A DNA stretch of 64,000 bases from a virus. The notes beneath the pieces were generated by a model. That model saw nothing but the letters and a program-made list of their open reading frames with translations. It did not search any database and was not told the origin of the DNA. The stretch is taken from the IMG/VR virus record IMGVR_UViG_3300044971_002889; one strand, 5' to 3'. Made by a program: the position numbers and the translations under genes. Position 1 is the first letter of the stretch. Each line of letters begins with the position of its first letter. This document shows, piece by piece, positions 34,932 to 46,800 of this stretch.

Positions 34932-37900
34932 CTGATCGCAATACTCCTTAAGTCTTTGAATCTTGGTGGATATGCTTGATTTGTAGATGACATTACAATT
35001 TTTATTGTGTATCCACTAAACTCTCCAAGATTATTGGCAGAAAATTCATATTCTAAAAATTGATTTTCTCCACTTGGAGGTACAAACACATCGGGTAATC
35101 CATCATTATTTGCAGGATCTATGACATCTAAGTATCCATCATTGTTATTGTCTATGGTTAAATTATTGTATCCTGGGAATAACTCAAATGCTTGGGCAAC
35201 TTCACTAGAATCTTGTCTAATTAAACTATACAATACCCTAAAGTCTGCAGAAGAATGTCTGTATGCAGATATTATAACTTTGAGTGATGTTGCAGGTTGA
35301 GATAGTCTAACTTCATTTGAAACATAAACAGATACATGTGGATCATCAAAGAATGAATTAACTCTATTATCTATAGAATAATTAGATATTGGTGAATTAA
35401 TTCTATTACTATGAAAATCTGTAAAACAATTATCTAAGAATATTTGAGGAGAAAGATACTTATTTCTTGTCTGTAAAGTAATTGCTGTAGTAAATGATTT
35501 ATTTCTTGGTAATGCGGTTAAATACGTATCTTCGTTTACTTTGGAGCAAACGATTCTAGTAGACGATAACTCATTAATAGAATTTAATTGTATGTCTTCA
35601 TAACCCAAGTCATTGAATGATACTTCATTTCCAGAAACACTTGTTCCACTTACACTCCTAATTTTAGCAGACACTGTTGTTGCATCTGTTGGTGATATAA
35701 TTCTATAGAATGGTATAATTGCATCATATTGAATATTTTCTGTGGCGAATACATTTTTTCCTCCAGCATTTAATTCATTTGTGAAAGAAAGTTGGGAATA
35801 TCCTGTAGGAGAATTGTCAGAACTTCTATTTACTCCATTTGAAGTTCTATCAATTTCAATATAATAACTATCAATATCCAATCCAAAGTCACTAATGTCA
35901 TGGGTTGTATTAATTCTTCTTAAAGAAATACCATCAAATTCATATTTGTAAATTTGTATATTATTGCTATGAGGAATTGCAAGTGTTGATAATTGTCCTC
36001 TTGATATTGTCTCTAAAGTTCCTGTTCCTACAGATTCATATCTAATAATTTCGTTTTCTACAATTGCATATCCAGGGTTTGTACCATTAACTTCTTTCCC
36101 CTCAAAAGTGACAAAATTTGCAGTACTTGCAACTGAAATTGAAGTAGAGGATGCAGTTATTGATTGTGATAATGTGGTTGGAGTAATATTCGGTAAAACA
36201 CCAGAAATAGATACTTTGTTATTTGGTGCATACATTCCATGGTTAAAATGATCAACTCTAACAAAGTTTCCACTATATAAGGATCCAATAGGAGTAGAAC
36301 TTCTAATGTAAGTGGAACCCATGGTAACAGGGTTATTAGAATTATCATAATAAACTAAGTTTGCAGTTCCATCAGTAGTAAATGATTCTGCTTGTACGTT
36401 TCCAAGATATAAAGTATCAATGCCATTATTATTTCCGGTAATTGTTATTCTAGCTTCTCTTCCACTATTACTAGAAACTGAAGAAGTTACAATACCAACA
36501 ATATCTCCAACTGCATAACCATTTCCAGGACTTACAATTGTTACACTTGTAATAATTCCTGCGGTTGCAGAAATATTTAAAGTAAGACCAGACCCATTAC
36601 CAATTACATTAAATGTAGATACACTAGTATCTGTTACATAATTAAATCCACCTGTAGTTACACCAACAGAAGATACTGAACATCCTGTTCCAAATATGTA
36701 CCCATAATTATAAGTTTTTACGCTTTCACTTATTTTTCTTCCCGTTGTTAAAATTCCAATAGTGTTTGCATCTGTAGTTGTAGTAATTCCTACGCGCAAC
36801 AGTCTTGGAAGTGCAGTTAACGGATTGTTTTGAAGATTTTTAACGTATTTGTTACTTTGACTAAGTGTTGGATTGAAGAAATAAACAGTTGATGGTGTAT
36901 TAGTTATAAAGTTTGCACGATATAAAGTAAACTTCATATCCTGATATTGATTGGCAGTCCATATAGATCCATTTTGAGATTTAAATAAACTTCCAAGAGC
37001 AAATTGTTGACTGTATATAACAGAATTTGCATCAGGTAATCTTGCAGATTGAATTGTTTTTTTGCCCATTTCTGCAATAAAAACTTCATATTCAACACTT
37101 TCTGGAGCAAGAAGAACAATTGCATATTCTAATCCAGGAGCAAGATAAATTGGATAATCAAATGTTACTTTTGTTACTGCAGAAGCATCATCTGATATAT
37201 TAATTTGATTTGGTCTAAGAGTAACCGAATTTCCAATTACAGTTCTTGTTGGAGTTCCAAGTTCTACAGTTCTTACCTGAACTGTTAATGGATTATTTGC
37301 AGTATCTTTTTTGTAAAAATATAAATCAACATCAGTCAAATAAATACCATCTTCATCATCATTTTGAGTACCACTTCCACCTACGCTAAATGATTGCGCT
37401 AAAGGATCATAAAACTCTGTTGTCACATTTGTTATAGTTGTAGTTGTTGTTCTAGTTGTGCTTACTGTAGAAGTATTAGTAACTGTAGTCTCATATAGTT
37501 CAAGAGTACCTGCAGACACATAATTAGTTTCTGCACTTGATATAGTTGTACTTCCTGCAACTGCAGTTTCATTTGTAGAACTAGATGTAACTTTATAAGT
37601 CTTAGTACCGGTATTAATTCTTACATCAGGAGCGGGTGAAGTATTTGGATCTCTAATAAAGAAAGATCCTATTAAGTCTCCAAAATTATCAGATATTAAT
37701 CTTAAATCTTTTACATATGCTATAGCTCCACTTGTCTGTCCAACAAGTCTTGCTCCTTTAGTTAAATATCCAGAATAAAGTCCTTGTGCCTCTTCAGATA
37801 GGGAATAAGTATCTATATTCAACACTTTAGATGATGCACTATATGCAGTTGCTAGAGACTCCGTTTTAATATATGGGTTTACATCAAATGTAGTTGATGG

Positions 37901-40900
37901 AGATTGATAGTTTCCAAACTTATGATTTGGTGTAGCAACTCTAAATTGTATGATTGGAGTGTATAATCCAGATGATGATGGAACCCATCCAGTAACTGTT
38001 TCTCCTACTAAAAATGCTGAGGATGCTCCATAATTTTGTAAAGTTGAATCGGTAGCAATTTCAATAAGTTTTGGTACAAAATCTACTGAACCATTTCCAT
38101 CTAAAAACTGATAATATCTTGTATATGGTTTTAGATTAGAAATAGAAAATTCAGTATTTCTAGATCTCATGTACTCTTCTGGGCGCGATTCAACCAAATT
38201 AGTAACACTTGACGTAGTGGTTACTGTATTAGTTGTATCGGAAACACTTTGCTCTGCAGAAGAAGATCTATCAATTTGACCTCTTCTACGTCTATTAATA
38301 ATTCTTACGTTTACATTTTCAACTTCAACCCTATCCCTTTCAATTAAAACAAAATCAGTTATTGATATTGTTTTATTGGGCAATTGTATGGTTCTCACCC
38401 AGTTATCTCTTTCTGGGGATAATTTTACCGTTCCATTATATGTTACTACATGGAATGGATTTACATTTTCTACTTGAGTCGCTAGAGGCTGTGAAATCCA
38501 TTTTTCTGGAGTATATTTAAGAGTAACAGTTGGTCCAGTTTTCTTTACATTAGAATCTAGCAAATCATAATTTGTAGATAAATCTACATTTTCATCAGAT
38601 ATGTTTTCTGCAGGAGCAAGATAATTTCTAAGACTATTTCTAGAAATAATCGGTCTCATTTCTTGAGAATCGGAATCAATTTCAATAGATGAAAAGGACT
38701 TATCTATTCTTAAGTCATCTTTAAAATCATCTACAAAGAATCCAGTTTTAAATCTATTAAAACCTTGAGAATCTTGTACTTGTAAAGTTTGCGTACTTAA
38801 CTCTAAAAGTGATAGTGAAGTTACTCTCTCAAGATTTTTAACTCTATTTTCAATTAGTCCAATATCTCTCATAGTATATCTTCTATTATCTACAAGAGAT
38901 AATGATGCATTTTTTACATTATACAAATATGGGGGCAGGGTAATTGTTGCCAATTCCATTAAATCATCTAACTTTAATGGAGATTTTGGATTTTGTGAGG
39001 ATAGACCTTCTAAGTAAATAAAATCACCATTTTTACTTAAATATATTTTATCAACTCTTCCCAAATAGTAATCATATCCAATGATGGTACTTTCATTTGG
39101 AGTTAAATTTAGTTTAATGGATGAACTAAAATTTCTATTAATAAAATCAAAGGGTGAAGAAGTATTTGTGGTAAATACTGGTACTTTTGGTCTAAAATCT
39201 AGCGTGTCTGATGCTCTAACTTTATCAGATCCAATCAAAGGCATATCAGACTCAAATTGATCTTTATTATAACTTGCTACAGTATACACATCTCCATTGT
39301 CAGTTGAAGGTACACTATAATAATCAAATACAATTAAAAGTCTCTTTGAAGGTTCAGTTTCTCCCCTATTTCTTATTAATTTGGAATAGTCATAATATTG
39401 TTCTTTTTGACCCTTATCTAAAATAAATTTATTAGTAATATCGTTGTAATTTCCAGGAGTTATAAAATCTATTTCCCCAGTAATGTTTGATTCTTTAAAA
39501 GTTACAATTTCAGTGTCAGCAAATCTATTTGAATTTAAATAAACAATTCCAACACTATTAGTAGACTTTGATACAACTCTAGCTACACAACCACTTTCAG
39601 AACCTATTATATTTTCACCAATAATAGCATTTATACCAATATTCAAAATAGAACTAAATGATAAACTATCCAATGTTGGATTTGATGTATCTAAAGATTC
39701 ATATACAGACAATACTCTAGAAACATCTGGATAATTGAGAGAAATTTCTTCATCTTGAACTCTCAGACCATAGTATTGATTGTACTGCAATCCATCATTA
39801 ATAGAAGTACTAAGTCCAGTGCCAGACTCTGGATACTTAGAGTAAATTACATTTAAAGTATTACTACGATTATATTGCTTTTGCTTACTTTGTACACCAT
39901 TTTTAATAAAAGTTGCATTAATTGAAGATGTTGTTTTTCCAGAAGTAAGATTTGATAAAACTACTTGATTATTAGATAAAGAGAACTGATCTGATGTTAA
40001 AGTTTGTGTTGTTCCATCAGTATAATGTACCGAATAACGCTCCTCGTCAAAAGGTACAAATAATGCAGTTGATAATCCAGAAGGTAATGAAAAATCTGTT
40101 ACTGAAAGAACTATTGGACTATTTGAAGACTTAGAACTAGTGGATTGTGCGCTAAAAGTTAAAACAGAATCATTTAAATCTACTTGAGATACATTTGAAT
40201 TTGGTAACTTTGCATATAAGTATCCCTTATCAGAATTTCTAATTTTTGGTATTCCGAGACTGAATGAAAGATTTGTTGCAACACCTACTGATCCATCACA
40301 AACACCACTAACTGTATCAATTCCCGAAACAACCATTGAAGTTCCAGTAGAACTTACACTGGAAACTATATTAAAAGTTTCACTAGATTTTCCAGGTGCT
40401 TGGTATCTTATGATTGATCCTGGTTTTATTGTATTGAAAACTTTTCCTGGAGATGTTACTACTCCACCTGCAGAAATACTAATAGTATCGGAGGCATTGA
40501 ATCCAATAGGAAGTTGTTTATCTAATACAGAATCTCCTATAAAGGAAGTAGAAAATCCCGATACTGATGTTGATTGATAAACTTGCTTAATATCTTCAGT
40601 TCCATATACAGTAATTTCTGAAATAGATCTGGGATATATTTCCAACCCATTAATTATTATTTGCTCACCTCTAATAAAAGTACCAGATGTTTGTCTTAGT
40701 TTAATCGTTGTTGTATTATTTCCTGCTTCAGATGTATATCCAGATGCACCACTACTTTTTCCTTTGACATAAGATGAGAGTGGTAATTGCTGTGCAGATA
40801 AATTTTGATTTAGAACTAAGGTTGTATAAGTTTGTACATCATAAAGATAGAAATCCCAATTTGTTGTTGTTCCAGAGTAAGCAGCATCAGTTAATCTAAA

Positions 40901-42220
40901 GTTATAAACTTTAGCATCTCCAATTTTTGTAATAGAACTAGGATTGCCAGAAGAACTCCTTCTTACGGAGTGAAGTTCTACAGATTCATTTTGCTTGGGG
41001 GAACCTGTTATGTTATTAATTCTTAATAAATTTCCCATTTCAAAGGGAACATTTACATTTTCTACATTTTGTGTTTCTCTTGGTTTTTTTACATCTAAAA
41101 TTGTAGTTGTGGTTTTTTCAATATCATAACCCCTTACATATGCTTTTCCTGGAGATAATTTTACACACATTAAATCATTAGATGGTGTATTTCCAGATTC
41201 TGTTTTTTGATTATCAAAAAATACACCATCATTCCCAAGTCTATCATTTAAGGAATTATGTAGAGAAATCTTAAATGGTTCTACTGAATAATTTCCAGAC
41301 TCATCAAAAGTTCTTTGCGCTAAGTAGTCTCTTATTAAAGAATATTGTGTTTTAGTGTTAATCTTTTTAATTTGTCCATTTTCAATTCTAAGTAACTCAA
41401 TAAAATCAGTATCACTATCTACACTATCAATTGTTTTTTTAGTAAGTGATAAATCTATTTTAAATCTATCCGCTCCGGGAGCAGCATAATTTGTAAAACC
41501 TTTAGCATTATCATATAAAGAAGAATCTTCTTTAGCAGATATAATTTCTTCAGATATCTTTAGTCCAACTCTATATGATGGTGTATTTGTATAATAATCT
41601 AAGATAATAGTTTGCTTTGATACTCTTGCAAATGTCCCTCTTACAAAATATATTCCATCATCAATAGATGCAGCAGATCCCGTAGACGTTGCCTCTGTTG
41701 ATATTAAAGATCCAAATGGTGTTCCTGCAAAAATAGTAGTATTTCCATATACAATACTTTCATTACATACTAGTGATTCCCCATCTTGAAATGGATTAAT
41801 CTTGAAATCATTATCAGAATCAATATATTTTACATATAAAGTAACATAATCTAAATTATTAGTTGAATTTGGTATTTCAACTTTTTGAACAAAAGCTGTA
41901 ATTCCAGAAATCTGCCCCTCAATTAATTTACCAATATATTGTTGTATGTATGAAGATACACTAACACCAAAAGAAGTTGAATTTAATTTAACTGCGAAAA
42001 AATTAGGATCATACGTAATATTTCCTGGAATTACTACAGATCCCTCTTTAAATAAATGACTGCCAAATGATTCAATTTGGTTTTGTAAAATTGATTGAAT
42101 ATTATTTAATTCTCTTGCCTGTACTGGTTTTCCCGGATTAAAAAGAACTTTATAAAAATTCTTTTCAGCATCAAAATCATCAAAATAAGGACTTACATTT
42201 AGATTTGTCTTTTGTGCCAT
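34928..42220 (-). CDS. Large virion structural protein (DUF4815/VrlC-like)
   Basis: TNLNVSPYFDDF, PVQARELN..Q, APGADR, RRYTMRDI, DPLAQSF; 2430 aa. Confidence 0.85.
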   Translation of the reverse strand: MAQKTNLNVSPYFDDFDAEKNFYKVLFNPGKPVQARELNNIQSILQNQIESFGSHLFKEGSVVIPGNITYDPNFFAVKLNSTSFGVSVSSYIQQYIGKLIEGQISGITAFVQKVEIPNSTNNLDYVTLYVKYIDSDNDFKINPFQDGESLVCNESIVYGNTTIFAGTPFGSLISTEATSTGSAASIDDGIYFVRGTFARVSKQTIILDYYTNTPSYRVGLKISEEIISAKEDSSLYDNAKGFTNYAAPGADRFKIDLSLTKKTIDSVDSDTDFIELLRIENGQIKKINTKTQYSLIRDYLAQRTFDESGNYSVEPFKISLHNSLNDRLGNDGVFFDNQKTESGNTPSNDLMCVKLSPGKAYVRGYDIEKTTTTILDVKKPRETQNVENVNVPFEMGNLLRINNITGSPKQNESVELHSVRRSSSGNPSSITKIGDAKVYNFRLTDAAYSGTTTNWDFYLYDVQTYTTLVLNQNLSAQQLPLSSYVKGKSSGASGYTSEAGNNTTTIKLRQTSGTFIRGEQIIINGLEIYPRSISEITVYGTEDIKQVYQSTSVSGFSTSFIGDSVLDKQLPIGFNASDTISISAGGVVTSPGKVFNTIKPGSIIRYQAPGKSSETFNIVSSVSSTGTSMVVSGIDTVSGVCDGSVGVATNLSFSLGIPKIRNSDKGYLYAKLPNSNVSQVDLNDSVLTFSAQSTSSKSSNSPIVLSVTDFSLPSGLSTALFVPFDEERYSVHYTDGTTQTLTSDQFSLSNNQVVLSNLTSGKTTSSINATFIKNGVQSKQKQYNRSNTLNVIYSKYPESGTGLSTSINDGLQYNQYYGLRVQDEEISLNYPDVSRVLSVYESLDTSNPTLDSLSFSSILNIGINAIIGENIIGSESGCVARVVSKSTNSVGIVYLNSNRFADTEIVTFKESNITGEIDFITPGNYNDITNKFILDKGQKEQYYDYSKLIRNRGETEPSKRLLIVFDYYSVPSTDNGDVYTVASYNKDQFESDMPLIGSDKVRASDTLDFRPKVPVFTTNTSSPFDFINRNFSSSIKLNLTPNESTIIGYDYYLGRVDKIYLSKNGDFIYLEGLSSQNPKSPLKLDDLMELATITLPPYLYNVKNASLSLVDNRRYTMRDIGLIENRVKNLERVTSLSLLELSTQTLQVQDSQGFNRFKTGFFVDDFKDDLRIDKSFSSIEIDSDSQEMRPIISRNSLRNYLAPAENISDENVDLSTNYDLLDSNVKKTGPTVTLKYTPEKWISQPLATQVENVNPFHVVTYNGTVKLSPERDNWVRTIQLPNKTISITDFVLIERDRVEVENVNVRIINRRRRGQIDRSSSAEQSVSDTTNTVTTTSSVTNLVESRPEEYMRSRNTEFSISNLKPYTRYYQFLDGNGSVDFVPKLIEIATDSTLQNYGASSAFLVGETVTGWVPSSSGLYTPIIQFRVATPNHKFGNYQSPSTTFDVNPYIKTESLATAYSASSKVLNIDTYSLSEEAQGLYSGYLTKGARLVGQTSGAIAYVKDLRLISDNFGDLIGSFFIRDPNTSPAPDVRINTGTKTYKVTSSSTNETAVAGSTTISSAETNYVSAGTLELYETTVTNTSTVSTTRTTTTTITNVTTEFYDPLAQSFSVGGSGTQNDDEDGIYLTDVDLYFYKKDTANNPLTVQVRTVELGTPTRTVIGNSVTLRPNQINISDDASAVTKVTFDYPIYLAPGLEYAIVLLAPESVEYEVFIAEMGKKTIQSARLPDANSVIYSQQFALGSLFKSQNGSIWTANQYQDMKFTLYRANFITNTPSTVYFFNPTLSQSNKYVKNLQNNPLTALPRLLRVGITTTTDANTIGILTTGRKISESVKTYNYGYIFGTGCSVSSVGVTTGGFNYVTDTSVSTFNVIGNGSGLTLNISATAGIITSVTIVSPGNGYAVGDIVGIVTSSVSSNSGREARITITGNNNGIDTLYLGNVQAESFTTDGTANLVYYDNSNNPVTMGSTYIRSSTPIGSLYSGNFVRVDHFNHGMYAPNNKVSISGVLPNITPTTLSQSITASSTSISVASTANFVTFEGKEVNGTNPGYAIVENEIIRYESVGTGTLETISRGQLSTLAIPHSNNIQIYKYEFDGISLRRINTTHDISDFGLDIDSYYIEIDRTSNGVNRSSDNSPTGYSQLSFTNELNAGGKNVFATENIQYDAIIPFYRIISPTDATTVSAKIRSVSGTSVSGNEVSFNDLGYEDIQLNSINELSSTRIVCSKVNEDTYLTALPRNKSFTTAITLQTRNKYLSPQIFLDNCFTDFHSNRINSPISNYSIDNRVNSFFDDPHVSVYVSNEVRLSQPATSLKVIISAYRHSSADFRVLYSLIRQDSSEVAQAFELFPGYNNLTIDNNNDGYLDVIDPANNDGLPDVFVPPSGENQFLEYEFSANNLGEFSGYTIKIVMSSTNQAYPPRFKDLRSIAIR

Positions 42221-42223
42221 TTC

Positions 42224-43792
42224 TTAAAATTCCAGGATAATTTTAATGTCTTCTTTTTGTCTGATGTTGCGAGAAACGAGAGGTCTATTGTCAATATAAA
42301 TTATATCTCCCGTCTTTTTATTTATCTCAGGATTTGATAATCCATTAGTAAAAGAAACTCCCAAGTTTATAATTGCACCATTTACAGTTGTAGTAATTCC
42401 TGTTAGAGATGAAATTTTAGTTCCATTAAATCCACTATTTTCACCAACAACATTACCTCCAGAACTACTAAAATTGATATTGGAATTTGCTTGAGTTGAT
42501 ACTCCCACATAGTCAGTTTGATCGTGAGTTGAACCGTAATATAAAGATCTATCTCTAAAATATTTTAATACTTTTGTATCAGAATCATATGATGCTACAT
42601 ATCCAACTGCAATTCCATCAGAAACTGTTTGTGTAATTTTTTCACCAATTGTTGGAGGAATACTATTCACAGTATCAAATTTAATACCATAGAGACCTGA
42701 GAACTGAGAATCACTAAAAACTTCAGTTGATATAAATTTTGTCGGATTTTTCAATATTCCAATCTGACAAAACTTAGTATTGATTGGAAAATCTCTGGAA
42801 GAATCATCAAATCTACTATAGATCATTACCCTATCGGCACCTAATTCTTTATATAAGTCATATCCATGACCTCTGGAGGGTGGGATTATTGGAATGAGTC
42901 TTGCTGGGTTTGAAATATTTCCACCAGGTTGTAGCGCCCCCAGATCAACTATCCCGTAGGTATATCCACTACCACCAGAAGTAACTGTTGTATTAATAAT
43001 TTCCCCGTTTGTATTTACTTCTACGAAAACTCTACCTCCAGATCCATTTCCTAAAATATCTACCTCTCCAGAAGAATAATTTCTTCCTGGATTGTCAATA
43101 TAAACTGTTTTAATTTGATTATCATTTATTGTAGAGTCTCCATTTTCTCTTACAGAAACAATTTGAGAATCGGTAGAAGTACTCCAATTATTAGGGAGAG
43201 TAATATATTCTGTAGAATCAAATTTTACAATATCTCCAGGAGAAACAGTAAATAAGTACTTCCAAATGTATCCATCTTCACCAGTACCTGCCACTGATGG
43301 TTCTAAATCAGTAAATGTTGGTTCATATAAAGACTGATTTCCTGTTGTATTAATTCCACTAGAACCATTTTCAATACAAATATAAACTTTATAGTCACTA
43401 TTCATTGCATAATATTCTGAATCATATAGTCTAGCTCTTTTTGCTATTGGACTAAGATTTGTAATACTGTAATCATGTCTATACATGTCATATTTTTTTC
43501 CTCTAACCCAGTCAACTCTTTTTATAACTCTTCTTACATTTGATGATGTAACTTTTTTTCCAAAAAGAAGAGTATCTTCATATTGGGTCAAATAGTCTAG
43601 ATTGTCAACGGGATTTGGAACAATACCATTTGTTACTCCACTGCCACCATCCCAATTTACATCTCTAGCAAATCCAGTATATCTGTTTGGATTAGTTAAC
43701 CCAACCCAAACATAATATGAATCATTATCTACTGATTGAATAAAATTAGTAGCATTTAAAATTCTAAATTGATCTGTTACAAGTGCAGACAT
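42224..43792 (-). CDS. gp8: Baseplate wedge subunit
   Basis: YDMYRHDY, YKVYICI.N, DGYIWKYLFTV, QKEDIKIILEF; late promoter TATAAATA at 43821-43814. Confidence 0.9.
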   Translation of the reverse strand: MSALVTDQFRILNATNFIQSVDNDSYYVWVGLTNPNRYTGFARDVNWDGGSGVTNGIVPNPVDNLDYLTQYEDTLLFGKKVTSSNVRRVIKRVDWVRGKKYDMYRHDYSITNLSPIAKRARLYDSEYYAMNSDYKVYICIENGSSGINTTGNQSLYEPTFTDLEPSVAGTGEDGYIWKYLFTVSPGDIVKFDSTEYITLPNNWSTSTDSQIVSVRENGDSTINDNQIKTVYIDNPGRNYSSGEVDILGNGSGGRVFVEVNTNGEIINTTVTSGGSGYTYGIVDLGALQPGGNISNPARLIPIIPPSRGHGYDLYKELGADRVMIYSRFDDSSRDFPINTKFCQIGILKNPTKFISTEVFSDSQFSGLYGIKFDTVNSIPPTIGEKITQTVSDGIAVGYVASYDSDTKVLKYFRDRSLYYGSTHDQTDYVGVSTQANSNINFSSSGGNVVGENSGFNGTKISSLTGITTTVNGAIINLGVSFTNGLSNPEINKKTGDIIYIDNRPLVSRNIRQKEDIKIILEF

Positions 43793-43826
43793 TTATATTG
43801 CTGTTTTTTTTTATATTTATATGAGG

Positions 43827-46800
43827 TTATGACAACTTATCTTTAATAAGAGATCCCGTGTCTCTTAATCCATATCCTCTTCTTTGTATAATCGGATATG
43901 TTGAAAGACCAGCACTATATCCTTCACTACTTATACCCAGACTTGACATATATCCAGTGACAGCAATTGAAATTGGTGATGAAGATCTGGTAAATCCAGA
44001 CAATCTACCCCAACTCATTCTCCCTACAGGATAATTAAGAGTTCCTGTAGTTGCAATTCCAACAATAGATGTGTCTGAAGCAACATTGCAAGTTATAATA
44101 CCTGTTGTTGAATTAAATGCATGAATTTTATATACATTATTTAATTTTGATGTACTAATAGCAACAATATCAAAATCTGAAGAATCAATTGATGTCACTC
44201 CATTTCCTACAGTAGTATTGGAAATATAAACGGGATACCCAACTTGAAGATTTGAAAAATCTAATGGATTGAGAGGATTTGAAATATTTCTTATTGTAAA
44301 TTGTATTGCTAAAGAACTTCCAATTCCATTTGCAGTTTCAATTCCTATAACTGAGGCATTAAATCCCTCAACATCCGAAATTCCAGTTACAACTTCAAAT
44401 TGTGTAGAGAAATCAGTAGTTGCTATTCCAACATTTGTATTCTTAAAGATGACCCCACTAAAATTAATTGGAGACTCATTTTCATAATTGAACAATGAAG
44501 AGTCATCAACAAATATTTCAGTGTCAGTAGAATCTAAATCACCTATAATATTTGCGGTAGGATAAATTTGAGATTCGATAGAATCTCTAGACTTAGAAAC
44601 AATATCTCCATTAATTAGTAAATCAACTTTTTGTTTTGTCCAGTATAATGGTTTTTCATTGGCAGTATCAATACCTTGAGAAGTATATAAATTAGTTTCA
44701 ACTTTATCAGATCCAGCAATATCATAAATTACTCTTTTATTTTGAGTAATAGTATTGCTAATATTATTATTACTGAATATCTGTACAGTATCTCCTACTT
44801 TTATGGTTTCTATGGTATTTTTTTGAATACTATCTACATCTCTAGTTCCTCTATAGAAGAATATTGAAATATCATCTTCTGGTTTTGGGGGTACTGTAAA
44901 TACGAATGATGTACCACCATTGAACTGATAAGAACTTCCTGGTTCCTGTAATATACCATTTACAAAAATTAAAAGAACATTATTCAAGTCTATTAATTGT
45001 GAATCAATTTGATCTTCATCAACTTCAAAACTTAGTAACTCGGAATTATAGAATAGTGGGAATCTAGTTCTTGTTCCATTTTGATAATTTTTTATGGAAT
45101 CAATATAGTCCAATTCTCCAAACTGCCAAGCGGCAAATGAATCTGTAAATGTATCAAGAACCGTTAATTCAAATTCACTGATTGGTGATCCTAATCTAGC
45201 ATCAGTAACTAATCCTACAGGTTTAAATATATCACCTCTTCTAAATCCATAACCATTTCTTGTAATTTTGAAATCTGTCACTTCAAAATAAGTAGATCCT
45301 ATTCCAGTAGTGGAACTTGCACCAACTTTAACATTTAATAACAATCCAACTCCAGTATCTGTTGTTGCACCTATCCCTAAACGAGACACGCCAATAACTG
45401 GTAAATTTTCATAAGATGGAGAAGAAACATTAATCGTTGGATTAGAATATCCACTACCTCCTCCAACCACTGTGAAGGATAAAACTCCTCCCATACCTAC
45501 ATTTGCAGTAATTGTTGCTGCAGAACCAGTATGCCCCGATTCTGTAACTGCCACAGATACATTTCCTCTATATCCAGATCCAAGAATATCTTGAGTACCT
45601 AATCCAACGGAAATAATTGTTCCTCCAGCACCAATAACAGCAGTAACTGAAGCACCAACTAAAGGAGCATATCCTAATCCAGAAGTAGATCCTAATGAAA
45701 TAATTATACCACCACGAGGTAATTGATTCATGTTCACATCATATTGTGAAGTATATAAAGAAGAATCAGATCTAATCCCACTAAATGTAATATTTGTTGT
45801 TCCTGATAAATTATTTTCTGCAATAGAATAATTATTTCCAGAATTGTTTAAAGTGGTTGGTGATTGGAAAATGCTATTAATAAAGACAATTCCATTTCCA
45901 CCACTAGTACCTAACCCAACAGTATTAATTCCCTGTGAAGTTAGAATAAAAGTTTGACCTATTCCTGTAAATTGATCAGAAATATCATCATATATTTGAT
46001 TTGAAGTGTAATCTTGTCTTAAAAATACTCTACCTGTAAATGTTGCTCTTTCTCTTGGAAGAGCATTTTCATCAGGGCCTACTAAATCTAGTTGGTTTCC
46101 TCTTGGTGGTTGTGTAAAATAAATTTTATTTCCAGAAATATTATAAGATCCTCTATAAACTCTAGTATTTGTGCTATCTGTATGTACTCCCACAGAAGAT
46201 CCTACGAATCCTCTAGTAACTTCCACTAAAGGAACATTTCCAGTAAAAGTAATTGGACCTATATTTGTAGTTCCTAAACCGACATTTTCAACTCTTACAT
46301 ATTCATCATCTATTTTCAATAAATCTGTGGGATTAATTGAACTAATTCCACTTAGTGCAAAAATTGTTGATGCAGTTCCAATTTGACCACCATTACCTAA
46401 TAAAGTATGACTTACATAAGAATAAGAAATTGGGTACTGAGCAAGATTATTGATTGTAATTAAAGATTTTTCATTTTTCTTAAACATCTCTAATTCATGA
46501 GCATTACCCAGACCCACAGAAGTAAATGTTACTCCAATTCCTTGTTCCGCATATTCTTTTTTAGTAGCAATTCTAATGGTATCTTTGGTTTCTCTGATTG
46601 CATAAATTACTTCAGGTAATACTGTAGTAACTACTCCAACATAATTTTCAGTAGCACCAATTCCTATTGCAGATGTTCCGATACCAATAAAAGTTGATTT
46701 TGGTCTATAAATTAATTGTTCACCAGTGTTAAAAAAGTGATTGGGGATGGTACATATACCAGTTGCAAAATTTAGAGAATTTGATGGATCAAATATCTTC